Shown: positions 62,747 through 64,000 of the stretch, piece by piece
How positions within the stretch are numbered: the stretch's first letter is position 1
How the letters are laid out: every line of letters begins with the position of its first letter
Assembly (NCBI GenBank): GCA_964291395.2
Contig: OZ219856.1
Span: forward strand, 1,376,001-1,440,000
Source: Alphaproteobacteria bacterium
GTDB taxonomy: Bacteria; Pseudomonadota; Alphaproteobacteria; UBA2966
Reading direction: 5' to 3'
Length of the DNA stretch: 64,000 nucleotides
The notes under the pieces: model-generated
Databases searched by the model: none
What the model was told of the DNA's origin: nothing
The model's input: the letters and a program-made list of their open reading frames with translations, nothing else
Program-made: the position numbers and the translations under genes

Positions 62747-63511
62747 CTATCCCTTTCGCCGGTAGAGATTCCAGGGCGAGTAGGCCTGCATCACGGGCAT
62801 CAGCTGGATAACATTGATGTTGATGTGATCGGGGAGGGCGACGCAGTAGTAGATGGCGTCTGCGATCTCTTCCGAAGTCAGGACTTCGAGACCGGCGTAG
62901 CCGGCATCGGCTTTTTCCACGTCTCCGTCGTAGCGCACCAAGTTGAATTCTGAGCGTGCGACTCCAGGCTCGACACAGGTGACCCGGATTTCTTTGCCGA
63001 AACACTCCGCCCGCACGTTTTTCGAGAACAGATGTACGAAGGCCTTGGTCCCGCCATAGATGTTACTTCCCGGATTGGGCTGCCGCCCACCGACAGAGCC
63101 GATGTTGACGATGTGGCCACGGTTGCGCTCCACCATGCCCGGGAGGATCGCGTGGGTGCAGTAGACGACCCCGTTGATGTTCGTATCCAACATTCTTTGC
63201 CACAGGTTTATGTCGGCTTCGTACGCGGGCCCGAGGCCGAGCGCCGCCCCGGCGTTGTTGATCAATACCGAGACCTCCTGGAACGAATGGGGCAGGCTGT
63301 CTACCGCCGTCTGCACGCCTTCATGGCTCGTAACGTCGAGGGGAAGGGGATGGCAAGCATCCCCGAGCTCGTCTGCCAGCGCCTCCAACCGGTCCTTGCG
63401 ACGGCCGGTGGCGATGACTTTGGCGCCTTCGGAGACGAAACGCCGTGCCGCCGCCGCGCCGAAACCCGACGTGGCGCCGGTGATGAAAACGATCATGTCT
63501 TGCGGTGTCAT
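62747..63511 (-). CDS. YdfG-like NADP-dependent short-chain dehydrogenase
   Basis: TGATSGFG, GRR, NNAG, NIGS, YGGTK; ATG 63511 preceded by GGAGA. Confidence 0.9.
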   Translation of the reverse strand: MTPQDMIVFITGATSGFGAAAARRFVSEGAKVIATGRRKDRLEALADELGDACHPLPLDVTSHEGVQTAVDSLPHSFQEVSVLINNAGAALGLGPAYEADINLWQRMLDTNINGVVYCTHAILPGMVERNRGHIVNIGSVGGRQPNPGSNIYGGTKAFVHLFSKNVRAECFGKEIRVTCVEPGVARSEFNLVRYDGDVEKADAGYAGLEVLTSEEIADAIYYCVALPDHININVIQLMPVMQAYSPWNLYRRKG

Positions 63512-63536
63512 GCGGATGTCTCCAGGCTCGTACGTC

Positions 63537-64000
63537 TCATGTAGTGCGATGAATCGCCACCCGATTCCAGTTCTGATCGGTCGGCATGATTTCGATGATG
63601 TTGGCGTTGACGTGCGGGGGCAGGGCGTATGCGTAAAACAAGATGTCCGCGAACTCCTCGGCCGCGATAATTCGGAAACCGCGCTTGAAATTCTCCAGGG
63701 CGGATTTGTCGCCACGGGCCCGGACCTCGAAGAATTCGGTGTCCACGGCGCCCGGCTCGAGTACCGTCACACGGATGTGATGGCCCAACAGCTCGGCCCG
63801 CAGGTCGAGGGTAAACAGGTGCAGGAACGACTTAGTGGAGCCATAGATGCTGTTTCCTGGCGTCGTGTAGACGCCGCCGACAGAGCCGATGTTGAAGACG
63901 TGGCCCCGGTCACGCTTGACCATGCCCGGCAGAATTGCATGAGTCACGTGGACGACGCCTTTGATATTGGTGTCGATCATCGTCAGCATGTCGTCGAGAT
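63537..64000 (-). CDS. second YdfG-like SDR (5' end outside window)
   Basis: MIDTNIKG, NIGSVGG, YGSTK, EPGAVDTEF, LPPHVN. Confidence 0.88.
   Translation of the reverse strand, partial: LDDMLTMIDTNIKGVVHVTHAILPGMVKRDRGHVFNIGSVGGVYTTPGNSIYGSTKSFLHLFTLDLRAELLGHHIRVTVLEPGAVDTEFFEVRARGDKSALENFKRGFRIIAAEEFADILFYAYALPPHVNANIIEIMPTDQNWNRVAIHRTT

Overview
A GC-rich alphaproteobacterial chromosome segment (Rhodospirillales-like gene order, inferred) made almost entirely of core housekeeping loci: dnaE (5' truncated), rpsB-tsf-pyrH-frr-uppS-cdsA-dxr-rseP-bamA-skp-lpxD-fabZ-lpxA-lpxI, gloA, gltA/gltX, comEC, lexA-moeA-moaC-trpCDGE-ppiD, tpiA-secG-pyrG-kdsA-eno-ftsB, pdhABC-lpdA-lipA-ratA, CAAX protease-cinA-pgpA-ispDF, DUF3237, dusB-ntrBC-ntrYX-trkAH-dat-hfq-hflX, groESL (with CIRCE) and two tandem YdfG-like SDRs. 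I saw no rRNA, tRNA, CRISPR array, transposase or phage gene, and no new multi-gene system that I can support. The most unusual signal is non-coding: a degenerate ~100-125 bp double-hairpin interspersed repeat, in at least 5 co-oriented copies. Its copies overlap gene ends, containing the stop codons of tpiA, moeA and lexA and apparently encoding the N-terminus of HflX. One copy is split by a ~200 bp cassette carrying an operator-like palindrome, a -10 box, a perfect RBS and an ATG pointing antisense into tpiA. Other points: a decayed brnT toxin gene inside the pdh operon, a frameshift near the end of ppiD, lpxB missing from its usual position, a 35% GC patch inside gltX, and a GANTC cluster at the ftsB promoter.
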